Shown: positions 12,176 through 26,501 of the stretch, piece by piece | Numbering within the stretch: position 1 is the first letter of the stretch | How the letters are laid out: every line of letters begins with the position of its first letter | DNA from: Camelus ferus | Taxonomy: Eukaryota | Direction: 5' to 3' | DNA: 64,000 nt | NCBI RefSeq assembly: GCF_009834535.1 | Contig: NC_045696.1 | Location: forward strand, 49,292,001-49,356,000 | Position numbers and translations under genes: made by a program | The notes under the pieces: model-generated | Databases searched by the model: none | The model's input: only the letters and a program-made list of their open reading frames with translations | What the model was told of the DNA's origin: nothing

Positions 12176-14294
12176 ACAGATATGAAAGCTCATCAGAGGT
12201 AGGGCTTATATCCTGTGTGTATAGATAAGGAACTTCATAGTCAAATCAACCACTCTACAGCAATGAGGCAGAGCCACAGTTATCTGGACAAGGTAAGAAT
12301 AGTGATTGTCAATAAGGGGGGATATACAAAGATCTCCTAACAAGCCCTTGAATTATAATGATGGATCTGTCACTTAGACAAAGATTCACTTTGCCCCAAA
12401 CAATAGATTGTTGGCTATTTCAGAATCAGTCTCAGGTCTATGATCACTCAGATGTCGGGGAGATTTCATCTTGCATGTAATATCTTAATTCGAAAATACA
12501 TTTTCATTGATAGAACATAGCATTAAAATGAGCAACTTTATGATCCATTTCATTTTGCTCCTTGCAGTCTTTTTAGCAATCCACTTTAATAAGCAGGTGT
12601 CTGTGGAACTCCTGTCCGCTCATGTAAATGAGAAGGTGCACTTATCTTTATTCTTCACTGTGATTACCTTTTATTTATTTTTGAAAGCTTCCTGGATTTC
12701 AGCTCATTGTTCAATTGGGAATCATATCTGTTCTATTCAGAGCAGTATTTTAATATTCAGATTCTGAGCAGACATTTCTGTGATTCATTTTGCTCTGCCT
12801 TTTTGCTTTGGTTTTGCTGAATGTAATTTCTGCCATTTTTTTTGATATCCTGTACCTGTTAGAAATCACTTTAACTATGGAGGCCTTGTCTTTCCTCTCT
12901 CCCTCCTTGCTTCTCACTCTAATTCTCAATAGACAGCCTCCCCTGGGCAGACAGAAAATGGGAATTTTGTGACATAGATTTTTGCTTTCTGATGTTTTTA
13001 TTTTCATGCATGATTATCTTGGAGCTTCAGTGAATGGCATATTTTATGAACCAAAAAAAGAGAAATACTACAAGCCAAATGAAATTACCAACATCTCGTA
13101 GGAATATGGAATGATGAGAGAGCATTTTATTCCATACTGTTTTTCAAAATAACTGGTGTCCAGAACAATACAACATATGTCAAGAATGAGTCATTGAAAG
13201 TCTGTAATAGAATGGAGAAGGAGCTGGAAAATGATTATATACTGCATGGTGTAAAATTGTGTGCTATGAGGTACTTGCTCCCTTTTGGAAAATTCTATGA
13301 ATCATGTTCCAATCCAGTGGTTCTCAAATGTCATCTATATCTTCCCCTCACAGCAGCCATAACCAGTCCTGTCCCTCATTTGCCCCACTGTCCCTCAATT
13401 GGACATAACCTCTCCTCCTAGAATTCCAACACATCCAAAGATGAGAGGTGTGTAAGGAGGATCCCCGAGTAGGTGTCCATCAACTCTTTGATTTGCTTTG
13501 TTCATGTGGAATGGGGCTTTCCAACATCAGTCTGAACTCCTGCTTATCAGGAGTGTGGAACTGGGGCAAGTTGCATGTTGGACCAGCATCTTAATGTGAA
13601 GCAGACCCAAGTTCCTGATGACAATCTATGGTGCAAAGGACACTTAATTCTTTGTATGCGTATACTTGCTCTCTGAGCCACATTGGCAGAGTGGAGTCAT
13701 GGTTGATCTGTTTTAATCAGCTATCTGCTCTTTTATGCATAAAAGTATATATAACAATCTCTGTCATTGAAATTAGCCCATATGAAATGGAACTTAGATG
13801 GGAGGATTTCAGTTGCCAGTGCTGCACATAGCTCTCTGTGTTCTTAGCTCAAATCTCATCCTGTGACTTAGATTCTCTAGCTGCACCTTTGAGATGTTTG
13901 AATTTCATTCCTCTTCAGTCGGGGCTATCTCATTTTTAAGCAACAGAGACCCAGTCAGATCAGATCAGGTAAAGGTGGGAGGGCATTGCCAGGGTACAGA
14001 GCTCACATAGGGATCTGAGGATGTGAACCACTGTAAGTAGGCCTTCTGGTAGCAAAAGTCACCAGGTATCAAAACTGCTTTCTACATTGGTCAGGCCCTG
14101 ATGAACGACCAGCCCAGTCCTCCTCCGCACGCCCTCTCTATCCTCCCTTCTTTAAGTACTGTTTTACCTCATTACCGGCGTCTCTGTGGCTGCTTGAATT
14201 GTTTAGACATCCTCCAGTAGTCACGATCTTCCTGCTCTAATGTTCACCGTTGACTAGCAGTATTTTGTATTTAAGGGTCCTTAAAAAATAATTA

Positions 14295-14410
14295 ATTAAT
14301 ATTTTCAAGTTTTATCAAGAAATGACACCCATAACCATGTAAGTTTAAGGCATACAGCATGTATCGTGGAGTGGTTACCACAATAGGTTCAGCTAACATA
14401 CGTCTTCAAA
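14295..14410 (-). mobile_element. Short L1 3' end fragment
   Basis: gtaagtttaaggcatacagcat...ttaccacaataggttcagctaacat. Confidence 0.55.
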
Positions 14411-14899
14411 GAGAGAATATCTTTTGGGGCCAGTTCCTCTAAGCAAGCCAAAGGCCTCAGGTCATGAATTGGTAGCCTCTGGTTAAGATGTTTATCCATA
14501 TTCCAACCAGTCATCGTCTAGGATGGGGTGGAAGCACACAGTGAAAAGCACTGGCCTTAGAAACTGTAGGAAGGGCAGGTTCACAAAACATTTGGATTAA
14601 GTTCTCACCACAGATGGGAAGAAGAGAAATGTTAAGTCAATTGAGAAAAATAACGTAATTATACTATTAACACCACAAGAAGCAATCGTGCTGTGAGCTT
14701 TCTGTGTTGAAATGATATACGTGCACTACCCATCACTATGGGCAAAGATCATGGCATAATTAAAAGTCCCGTATAGCAGTGGTTTGAAATGAATGTTTCC
14801 TGTTTTTCATGCATATCCTGCATGCATCAGAGGGCAGAAGAAAGGATTGTAGACAGAAGTTAGGCAGAAGTAAATTGTATAGGAGAGCATTATATAAAA

Positions 14900-15040
14900 T
14901 GTACATGCTCACATTTAGAGTGTTTTAAAAGCTAGACAAGCTGTCTCATTTAGTAGTGAGTTACCTGTCACTGGATGTGTTCATATTCCAACACTGAAGG
15001 AGTATTTTACAATTTTAAGATTCCAATTCTCTGACTGTAA
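14900..15040 (+). mobile_element. CR1/L3-like fragment
   Basis: gtagtgagttacctgtcactggatgtgttca resembles the L3 3' region. Confidence 0.4.
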
Positions 15041-17573
15041 CTTTGAGCTAATTGGTCTTTCAGAAAACAAATGGATTATTGACAAAGACTTGAGGCTTAA
15101 TACATACTGTGTTAAAACTAAAATTGTAAATTTTTTTTCTTGATAGTGCTCAGTGTAGTAGGTGAGCTAAATCACTCTCTTGACCATGGATAGCTCATTC
15201 TGGTTGTGGCACCAGAGGAGCAGGGGTATGAAAGTTAGTTTTGTCTTATAATAAACATTAGGGAATCTCACCAATATTTTATTTAGCAAAAATCCACCTC
15301 ATATCTACAGCACTGTTACCAGTCAACAGCACAAAAAAAATCAGCATTTTAGACACGTTTAAAAGATCTGTCTTGAAGTGGCCCCTATAAAGCATCCACT
15401 CAAAGTATAGCTGACAAATTATGGTTAAAAGAGAGGCTAAGAGGTACCTATTCACTTGTCTAGGTTTTTCAAACTCTATCCTTATAAAAATACAATCATC
15501 AGGATGCTGTATACTTGGAATGCTGTCTTAACTTCCCACAAAGGTATATTCATGTCAGGCTTTTTTTATGTTGTTGGGTTTTTATTAAATTTTGATATAG
15601 GGAGGAACTATCTGAAGAATATTTCATGATCACCTCCAAAATCGTTATTTTTCATTGTGCTTACTGTTTTATATATGACGTGGAGTAGAAAATCATTGTC
15701 CAGGAATTTAGTGTCATGAAACTGTCCCCCCAGGTGAAATTGTGGCCTTCCTTTTAATATAATTGTATAGTATTATAGTTAATATTAGCCTTGACTACTA
15801 GGAAGCTGGGAGATAAAATAAGTGTTTAATTGATGTAATGATCTCATTCTACATGTGGATAAAATTATTCTTTCTCCCCTAAATTGTTTCTTTAACCTTA
15901 ATTTTAAGTATATGTATTTAAATCATATAATATCCCTTTTAGAAGCAGATAAAATTTAGAGGAGTAAAAATGGGGGAATAAATGAGATAGCTACTGAACC
16001 ACATAGGCTATTGAGTCAGTTAATATAATAAGAAGTTCCAGAGCATCCTTGATGTTTGAAATATGGGTGTTTTTGTGAGTCTGACTTAACCCCATCTTCC
16101 CTTGCTCTGCTAAATGTGCTGTAGTAAATTACCAGCAATAAACTTCAAAGGGACTACAACTTGGAAGAAAATGTTCTAATAATCCATAGGGTTATTATTG
16201 GTAACAGATCAATGTATTTACTTACTATCCAGAAAAAAAAATCTGTTGACAGAATGAAAACTATAAAGTGCAATCTGTGGTACACTGCTAGGAAGCTGAA
16301 GTCTGCCAACAGATACAAATACCTACTTTATACAGTTTGCGATTTTATTCCACATCATCTATCTTATTTATGTACTTATAATTAGGGTTCCTATATGTTT
16401 AATCTTGCCAGATTTTGCACTTTCTAAGCATTGACTCCTCTTCTTGGGAGGATAAAGGGTAGGAAAGGGTTTATGGTGGTACTTCTGACAGAGTCACCGT
16501 ATCTACTCTTTATTGAACCTGGAGCATAGCCATTTGCAGATGGATTAAAAAAAATAAAAAATAGGGAGATCAAGATGATGGAGTAGGAAGACCCCAAGAT
16601 CCTTCTAAAAGGCGTGCCAAAATTACAACTACTTACAGAGCGACTGTCTATAAGAATGACCTGAAGACTGGCAGAAAAGATTTTCCACAACTAAAGATAT
16701 AAAGAAGGGTCACAATGAGACAGGGCAGGGGAGTTGCTGGTGGCAGAGACACACTCTAGTCAAGAACCATGCCGCTGGATTGGTAACCCACAAGTGGGAG
16801 GGATAGCACAACTGCAGAGATCTTTCCTGATGTGGATCCTTCCCAGTTGCACATCTAATTTCCCAGCCTGGGGTCCTGCACCAGGAAGATAAGTCCCCAG
16901 AAAGTTGGACTTTGAAAATGAGTGGGGCTTATGTTCAGGAGAGCTGGATGGCTACAGGAAACAGAGATCCATTCTTAAAGAGCATACAAAAAAACCCTCA
17001 GTGCTGCACTTTGAGACAGTACTTTGAAAGGTGTGTGAGTCAGACCCACTTGGTGATCTTGAAGAGCCTCCCAGAGAGACAGGAGACAACTGAGTTCCCC
17101 CTGAGGATGGAAATACTGGTAGTAGTCATTTTTGGAATTTTGTTCTGCTACATTGACACTTGTACTGGCAAGTGCCACTTTGGAATCCTTCCTCTATCCT
17201 ATTAACACCAGAGTCCTGTTCCACTGACCAATGGGCCAGCAGCAGTTAGTTGCCATCAGGTCACACAGCCAGCTGTGTAGGGAGCCATCCTCACCTGCCA
17301 GCATGCCTGCAGCAGCCATGTGAGGCAGAGACTCATAGCCAGCCAGGGTAGGGCCAGCCTTGCCTATCAGTTCATCCACAATTATCAGCAGCCCAAAACA
17401 GAAGAGTGCATACAGCCCACACAGGGGACACTCCTGGAGCATCTAGCACTGGTCACCAGAGGGGAGTGTACTGCTGGTTCCCATTGGTCTCCTACATAAG
17501 GCCACTTCTCTAAGATTAAGACAAGCAACAAACCTACCTAGTATGTAGAAATAAACATAGAGAATTAGGCAAA

Positions 17574-18432
17574 ATGAGGAGACAGAGGACTATGCCCCAA
17601 CTGAAGGAACAAAATAAAACTTCAGAGACAGAACTGAACAAAGTGGGGATAAGCAATCTACCCATAAAGAGTTCAAGTTAATGATCATAAAAATGCTCAT
17701 CAATCTCAGGAGAAGAATGGATGAACACAGTGAGAACTTCAACAAAGAATTAGAAAATATAAAAAACAATCAGAGCTGAAGAATACAATACTTAAAATGA
17801 AAATACATTAGAGGGAATCAACAACAGATTAGCTGATACAGAAGACAGATAAGTGATCTGGAAGACAGAGTAGAGGAAATCACCCAGGCTGAAGAGAAAA
17901 ATGAAAAGTTTTTTTTTTTTTTTTAATAAGGATGGCATAAGGGATTAAACATACTAACATTTGCATATATGGTCCAAGAAAGAGAAGAGAGAGGAAGGGG
18001 CAGACATATATACAAAGAAATAATAGCTGAAAACTTTCCTAACCTAGGAAAATAAACATACATCCAGGTCCAGGAAGTACAGAGAGTCCCAAACAAGATG
18101 AACCCAAAGAAGTCCATACCAGGACACATTATAATTAAAATGGCAAAAATTAAAGATAAGGAGAGAATATTAAAAGCAGCAAGAGAAAAGCAACTAGTTA
18201 CATAACAAAGATGCACCCATAAAACTATCAGCTGACTTTTCAGCAAAAACTTCCAACTAGAAAGGAGTGGCACAATATACTCAAAGAAATGAAAGAACCT
18301 ACAACTGAGAAGGCTCTACCCAGCAAACTTATCAATCAGAATTGAAGTGGTAGAGTGTTATAAACAAGCAAAAGTTAAGAGAGTTCATCACTGCTAAACC
18401 AGCATTACAAGAAACATTAAAGACTTTTCTAA
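17574..18432 (+). pseudogene. L1 ORF1p remnant (RNA-binding/coiled-coil)
   Basis: MRRQR start; EIIAENFPNL, IQVQEVQRVPNKMNPK, HIIIKMAKIKDKERILKAAREK motifs; disrupted. Confidence 0.88.
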
Positions 18433-18899
18433 GTGGAATAGAAAAGGCCACAACTAGAAGTATAAAAATTATGGAAGGAAAAATCCCATTGGTAAAGGCA
18501 AACATACATTAAAGATAGAAGATCAGTCACTTATAAAACTAGTAGAAAGACTAAAAAAAAAAGTAATCTATATCCACAATAAGTAGTTAAGGGATATACA
18601 AAGTAGAAAGATATAAAATATGGTATCAAAAACATAGAGCAGGGTGAGTGAAAATGTAGGACTATTAGAAAGTATATGAGCATAAGAGATCATTGACTTA
18701 AAATAGATACTTATATAGTTTGTTGTATATGAGCCTCAAAGTAACCACAAACCAGAAGACTGTAACAGATAAAAAAAAAAAAAAAAGGAGAGAAATGAAT
18801 CCAAACATAACACTAAAGATAGTAATTAAAAAAGGGATGAGTTCAAAAGCAGAAAAAAGGAACAGGGAAGAAATATAAAACCAGAACACAGTGAGTAAA

Positions 18900-20417
18900 A
18901 TGGTAATAAATATATACCTATCAATACTTACCTTAAATATAAATGGATTAATTCTCCAATCAAAGCACAAAAAGTGGCTGAATGGATTAAAAAATGAGAT
19001 CCATATATGCTGCCTAGAAGGAATTCACTTCACATCTAAAGATACATATAGACTGAAAGTGAGGGGATGGAAAAAGATATTCCATATAAATAGATGTGAA
19101 AAGAAAGCTGGGGTAGCGATACTTATATCAGACAAAATAGACTTTAAAACAAAAACTGTTACAGGAGACAAAGAATGACATTACATAATGATAGAGATCA
19201 ATCCAAGAAGATATAACAACTGTAAATATATATGTATCTATTATAAGAGTAGCTAAATATTTAAAGCAAACATTAACAGACAAAAGGAGCTATTGACAGT
19301 AACACAATAATAGTAGGAAACTTTAACATTCCACATATTAATGGACAGATCATCTAGACAGAAAATCAATAAAGAAACATTGGCCTTAAACAGCAGTTTA
19401 GACCAGATGGACTTAGTAGCTGTATACAGAACATTCTACCCCGAGACAGCAGAATACACCTTCCTTTCAAGTACATGTGGAACATTCTCCAGGATATATC
19501 AAACAAGTCTCAGTAAATTTAAGAAGATTAAAATTCTATCAAGTATCTTTTCCACCTACAATGTTATGAGACTACAAATGGTATGAGAAATCAACTAAAA
19601 AAAAAAACTCAGAAAAAACATAAACATATGTGGAGTCTAAACAGGAGACTCCTAACAAAATGGGTCATTGAGGAAGTCAAAAAATACCTGGAGATAAATG
19701 AAAATGCAAACATAACATTCCAAAATCTATGGGACACAGCAAAAACAGGTATAGGAGAGAAGTTTATAGCAATAGAGGCCTACCTCAGGAAATAAGAAAA
19801 ACCTCAAATAAACTATCTAATGTTACAACTACAAGAACTAGAAAAAGAAGAATATACAAAACCCAAATTCAGTAGAAGTAAATAATATAGATGAGTGTGA
19901 AATAAATGAAATAGAGGCAAAAAAGAAGATGGCAATGAAAGCAAGAACTGGTTGTTTGAAAAGATAAACAAAATTATAAACCTTTAGCTACAGTCATCAA
20001 GAAAACAAGAGAGTGGGTCTAAATAAAATCAGAAATTAAAGAGAAGTCACTACTGACACCATAAAAGTACAAAGGATCATAAGAGAATACTATGAACAAT
20101 TACATTCCACTAAAATGAAAAACCCAAGAGAAATGAATAAACTCCTAGAAACATACAACCTCCCAAGACTGAACCAGGAAGATATACAAAATACGAATAG
20201 ACCAATTAATAGTAATGAAATTGAATCAGTATTAAAAAACTCCCAACAAACATAAGTCCAGAGCCAGACAGCTTCAAAGGTAAATTTTTACAAAACATTT
20301 AAAGAAGAGTTAACAACTCTTCTCAAACTATTCCAAAAATTGAAAAGAAAGGAGTGTTTTTAAATTCATTCTATGAGGTCAGCATCACTCTGATATCAAA
20401 ACCAAAGACACCTCCCC

Positions 20418-20453
<36 letters not shown>

Positions 20454-22620
20454 CAGGCCAGTATCACCAATAAACATAAAAGCAAAAATCCTCAACAAAA
20501 TATTAGCACACTGAATTCAGCAATATGTTAAAAGAGTCACACAACATGATCAAATAGAATTTTTCCCATAGATGCAAGGATGGTTCAATATCTGCAAATC
20601 AGTCAATGTAATACACTACATTAATAATTTGAAGAAGAAAAATGATTATCTCAACAAATGCAAAAATGCTTGACAAAATTCAACATCCATTTATGATAAA
20701 AACTCTCAACAAAGTGGGTATAGAGGAAGCATACCTCAGCATAATAAAGGTTATATGTGACAAACCCACAGTGAGCATCATACTCAGTAGTGAAAAGCTG
20801 AAAGCATTTCCTCTAAGATCAAGAACAAGACAAGTATGCCCACTATCACCACTTTTATTCAACATAGTATTAGAAGTCTTAGTTACAGCAATCAAATAAG
20901 GAAAAGAATAAAGGAAATCCAAATTGGAAAGGAAGAAGTAAAACTATTGCTATTTGCAGATGACATGGTACTATCTACAAAAAATTCTAAAGACACTACC
21001 AAAAAACTATAGAACTAACTTACAAATTCACTGAACCTGCAGGGTAGAAAACTAATAAATAGAAATATGTTGCATTTCTATACATTAGTAATGAGCTATC
21101 AGTAAGAAAAAAAATCACATTTACAATTGCAACAAAAAGAATAAAGTATCTAGGAATAAATCCAACCAAAGAGGTGGAAGACTAGTACTCCGAAAAGTAT
21201 AAGACATTGATGAAAGAAATTGAAGATGGCACAAACAAATGAAAAGATGTACCATGCTCATGCATTAGAAGAACTAATTAAAATGTTCATGCTACCCAAG
21301 GCAATCTACAGATTCAAGATAATTTCTATCAAAATTCTAGTGGCATATTTCACAGAACTAGAACAAATAATTCTAAAATTGGTATGGAAACACAAAAGAC
21401 CTCAAATAGCTAAAACAATCTTGAGAAAGAACAGAGCTGGAGGAATCACACTCCCTGACTTCAGACTGCAGTAATCAAAGCAGTATGATACTAGAACAAA
21501 AACAGACACATAGATCAATGGAAAAGAATAGAGAGCCCAGAAATAAGTCCACACATTTATGGTCAATTAATCTAAGACAAAAGAGGCAACATTATACAGT
21601 GGAGAAATAGCAGTCTCCTCAGTAAGTGGTGCTAGGAAAACTGGACAGCTACACGTAAAAAAATGAAATTAGAACATTTCCTTACCCATATTCAAAAATA
21701 AAAGGGATTATAAACTTAAATGTGAGACCAGAAACCATAAAACTAGAAGAAAAACACAGGCATTACAGTCTTTGACATGGGTCTTAGTAATATTTTTTTT
21801 TAGATGTATCTCCTAAGGTAAGAGAAACAAAAGCAAAAAATAAACAAATAAGACTACATTAAACTAAAAAGCTTTTGCACAGCAAAGAAAACTATCCACA
21901 AAATGAAAAGGCCACCTAATGAATGGGATAAGATATTGCAAATGATATATTTGAGAAGGGTTTAATATCAAAAAAATACAAAGAACTACAGCTCAACATC
22001 AAGAAAAAAAATACAACCTAATTAAAAGTGGGCAAAGGATCTGAATAGACATTTTACCAAAGATGACATACAGGTAGCCCACTGACACAGGAAAAGAGTA
22101 TCAACATCGCTAATAATCAGGGAAATGCAAATGAAAACCATAGTAAGATGCTCCATCATACTTATCAAAATGGCTATTTTGGAAAAGACAACAAATAACG
22201 AGTGTTTGCAAGGATGTAGAGAAAAGGAAGCTTCCATGCACTGTTCTTGGGAATGTAAATTGGTGAAGCCACTGTGGAAAATGGTAAGGAGGTTCCTCAA
22301 AAAATTAAAAATCAGACTGCTACATAACCCAGCAATTTCACTATGGATATTTACCTGTAGAAAACAAAAACACTAATTCTAAAGGATTCATGCACAACAA
22401 TGTTCATTGAAGCATTATTTCCAATAGCCAACATATAGAAGCAGCGTAAGTACCCATTGATAGATGAATGGAAAAGACGATGTGCAATATTTAATATTAC
22501 TCAGCGATAAAGAAAAATAATTCTTTCCTTTTGTTAGAACATGGATAGATCCAGAAGGTATCATGCTAAATGAAACAAGTCAGACAGATAAAGGGCATGA
22601 TCTTACTTATATGTAGAATC
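18900..22620 (+). pseudogene. L1 ORF2p remnant (endonuclease / reverse transcriptase)
   Basis: ORF-track fragments [58 protein letters not shown] near 20950; Cys-rich C-terminal piece HCSWECKLV.PLWK. Confidence 0.93.
20420..20451. repeat. (CA)n microsatellite inside L1 ORF2
   Basis: Directly visible. Confidence 0.95.
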
Positions 22621-25600
22621 TAAAAAACGAAACAAACAAAACAAAATTAAAGCAGGTTCATAGATACAGAGAACAAAGTGTGGTTGCCAAAGGTGGGAGG
22701 GAAAGGGGTGAAACAGGTGAGGGAGATTAAGAGATACAAACTTCGGTTATAAAATAAAAAAGACCCAGGGAAGTAATATACAGCATATGGAATTTGGTCA
22801 ATGATATTGTAATAATTTTATATGGAGACAGATGATTACTAGATTTATCGTGGTGATCATTTCATAACATATGCAAATGTCAAATCACTATTAGGACACC
22901 TGAACTTAACAATATTATACATCAACTATATTTCAGTAAAAAATAAAATGGTTGGATTTAAGTCAGCCATTTTGCTATTAAATAAAAACAGGTATATTCT
23001 TCTCCATACTCATAGTAGGAATGATTACTTTCGATGCCTTGATCGCGGTTGTACTCTTGGTACCTAACATGATATATTCCCAATAAATATTGTAGTAGGT
23101 GTGCTGACTGAAGTACTGATGAAAAAGCATATTTCAGTTTGCAACAGCAGAAGGAGAATACATGAAACAGTGGTTTCAGGTGGATGGGGAGAAAGTTAAG
23201 TAATGCTGAGGGGGTTTGCTTAGGTGAGTAGGAGTAAGTGCCAATGAGGGGTAGGCTCTTTCTTGCAGAAAGCTATTAATTATCTAATTTTCATAGATCA
23301 TAGGAATGGGGACATAAAAGCTATAATTGCTTTGTTCCCCATTTATCAAGCATAACCACATAATCGTCTTTAATTACGATGGACATAACTTAGAAAACAC
23401 TAATATATTGTCCCTAGCCTTAAGGTAATTTCAGCCACCAAAGTGTGCACTGATTAATTTCATTTGTGAGGCTAGGAGGTTGTGAGACAAGGTCTGTCTC
23501 CTTTTTTCATTCCCTCCATCAATTTAAAAACAATGACACCAAGATTTGTTTTGTTTTGTTTTAGCATAAATAGAGATTCTGCTGCTAATGATTCCTAACC
23601 TGCTCTTCTTCGTTTGGCTTTATTACCTAGGGCCAGGAGATTTACCTTCAACTACATTCCCTACTTATCTTTTGTAGATTAAAACTTATTTATTTATTTA
23701 CTTAGGCCCAGTATGCAGCCGAAAATGGTGTTTTCAGAGTAGCTAGGCAGGTCTGTTTCTTCTATAATTTGAGAAACCTGGATTTCTGGTCCCAAATCCC
23801 TTCTTGGCATGCAATATTGAGCAAACCACTTATTTTTTCTGAGGCTTTCTTCACCTAGAGAAAGCAGAATGGTGAGAAGACCAAGTAAGCTAATATATGT
23901 GAATGCACTTTGAGAACAGAAAGGAGCTATTACAGAGAAAATTGTGATACTGAGGGGTGGAAGACGTTACCTGGTCACCAGGAGATTCTGCAGAGGATAC
24001 GGAGGGGAGAGCTTGTCCACTCAAGTGTTTGTGAAGATGCAGAGGAAAGAATGTAACGAAATTTGGTGTGCCATTCCTTGAGTGGCTCACCTGCCAGTGA
24101 GAAGGGCAATTGTATTATTGCTTCTTCCCCAGGCCTGTAACTGTGAAAACTTTCCCTGTTACTACAGACTAACCAGTATTGATCACCTGATTATTCCTGC
24201 CATTCATTGTGGACCAACTAACAGCCTGGGACAAAAAAATTAAGGGGAAGATGGATCAGTGTTTCTCAAGGGGAAGGATGGCAGCAGCCTATGAGAAGAT
24301 TTGAGTTTCTAGGAACGATAGGCTATTTTTTTTTTCTATTAGAGATTTTTATGAATACTTCTCAGAAGAAATGAGCCCCCAGAATGACTCAGTGGAGTTC
24401 TGATCACATCCCACCATGTCATTCTCTCATGTCCTCGGCCTCCATCACAATTTGAATTGTACCTTCCCACACTGCAGTGTTTTCTGTGCACTTACTTATT
24501 AACTTAAATAATAAATGATGAGTGATTTAGGATGACAATTGTTCTTTGAGTGCAAACCTTAAGAACAAGGGTGACAGTTATCCAGAACAGGCACAGCAGA
24601 GCATGCCGAGACAGCGGTGGTCTTTTTTGCCATTTTCCCTCTTGGTTGGAAGGACATCTGCTGTACCTCCACATACTGCTTTTTCTCAAACGGGCAAACA
24701 CAGATAATGCTGTTTTTTAAAACAATTTTACCCCCTCACAGACCACCTTCTTGCCCAACCTCCTCTCCCAGTTTTTGTTCTCTTTCTTTCCCTATCGTTT
24801 TCTGTCCCATCCTTTCCCTCCTCCCTCTCTCCCTTTCTCTCTCTCCCTCTCATTGCCTGCTCCCCCCTCCCCCCTTTATGCACCATAATATATTTCCTTT
24901 TATCAATATAGAGTATCCTGAAAACTAAGGTGAAACCAAAACCTGGCTCGGCGCCCAGGCATTGCTTTCTGAAGTGACAGGCTCTGGTAATAGGGGAGGG
25001 TTTGCAATTATACAGATCATTGCTTCGACCTGGTGCAAAGTCAACCAGGCCACAATGCAAGAACAAAAAGGTTTAATCTCTGCAGCTTCCACAAGGGCTG
25101 TGAGCAGTGCCTCCGCGCTCACTGGCCTGCCTGCTGTGCCCGCCGGCCTCCTGGGCTGCTTTTCACTGGAAGACCCTTGATAAACAGCTCAGCTCATTTG
25201 ATGCTCCCCTGGTGAGCCTCTGCCTTGTAAAGTAAAAATTAATGTCCTTATTACATACGTTCTTTTTCCTCACAGTCTACTCAAAAATGATTTGCCCACA
25301 AATGAAAAAAAAATACCCTCTTAATGATGCAAGGCTCTATATTCGAAACATCTGATTAGCTGTCCCGTTCACATCTTAGCATCAGCTTTGATAGCATTTG
25401 AAAAGGCTCTCTCTAATCTTTCTTTGAAATAAAATTTCTTCTTGCAGGCTAGCTTAGCTTGTGGTCTGTGAAGAATATAGGGACGATACTTTCTTTCAAA
25501 ATATGTTAAGGCCTTCTAATCACTTTCAAAGTAAAATGAGGGCAGGAACTCAAATTACAGGAGCGTGTTTGTCAGCCAGATAAGGGGAGTGTGTGCTCTG

Positions 25601-26501
25601 TAATTGAACCCCTTATTGCTATTCACTTTGACTTTCTGAGTTCAGCTTGTCTAGAGGCATCTATTTTTTTCAGTCTTTGGAGAATTAGAAATTTAAATGA
25701 GGTATGGGAGAGAGAAGGGGAGCCCTCCTGTGAGCGTGCTGCACATTTCTGGACTCAGCAGTTGTAGGGGTGGGGAGAGAGCTGCATTAGAGTCAAGAGG
25801 AAGGAATGAAAGCATCTTTTAAGCTGGGAAGAAGCGGACAGCCTTCGGCAGCTTGCAAAGTCCTCAGAAGTCAAAATGTGCACAGTCGAATCGTTTGCAC
25901 TTTCATGGTTTACTTGTAGATTGTTTATGCCCTCATTAAATTTATTTCTTTTTATTTCTTGTTTTCCCAGCTTCGAAGACAATTTCTTTTTTTTTAAGAA
26001 AAGCGCTTGCATTGCTTTGGCTTCATCATTCTGCACAGTCCACCCTTTCTCCCTTCCGTGTCTTGAGAACACAGATCTTGAACGTTCGCTTGCAGTTGTG
26101 CCATACGGGGTTTCTTTTCTCCAGGAGTAGCACTGACAGTGGACACAACGTACACATTTTCCTGTGCTCCCTGCATCCCTGCCCGGAGCCTGCATTAGAG
26201 CACGTCTGTGTCTTGCACAACTAGGACTTCTCCTCAGCCTCAGCCTCACTTTTTGCTCATGCCCAAGGTCAACAACAACCACAACAAAGCAGTTCAAAGG
26301 TGACATGCGGGCACTAAGGCTTCAGATGACCGGCGTACCCCCCACCCCCAGCGCCTCTGCTCTTTAAACTCACATCTTGTTCTGTGCTCACGGAGCCACT
26401 CGTTGCTGTGGGGCAGGTCGGGAGTGGGGAGGAGGGAAGAGCTTTTACCTGAGGTAACTATGAGGCTTGATTTCGGGGAGGAAGAGATGGAAGAAGGTAA
26501 C

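Larger units (their letters stand above)
16564..22948 (+). mobile_element. Full-length LINE-1, inactivated by frameshifts and stops
   Basis: 5' end gggagatcaagatgatggagtaggaagac, ~1 kb 5'UTR, ORF1 and ORF2 remnants, 3'UTR ending atcaactatatttcagtaaaaaataaaa; ~6.4 kb. Confidence 0.96.

Noticed and set aside
17908..17925. Poly-T run inside L1 ORF1
   Set aside because: No clear TSD; most likely homopolymer expansion
25755..26306. Longest ORF in the track (183 aa, minus)
   Set aside because: Low-complexity runs derived from simple repeats (VVVVV, KKKK), no recognisable homology or splice support
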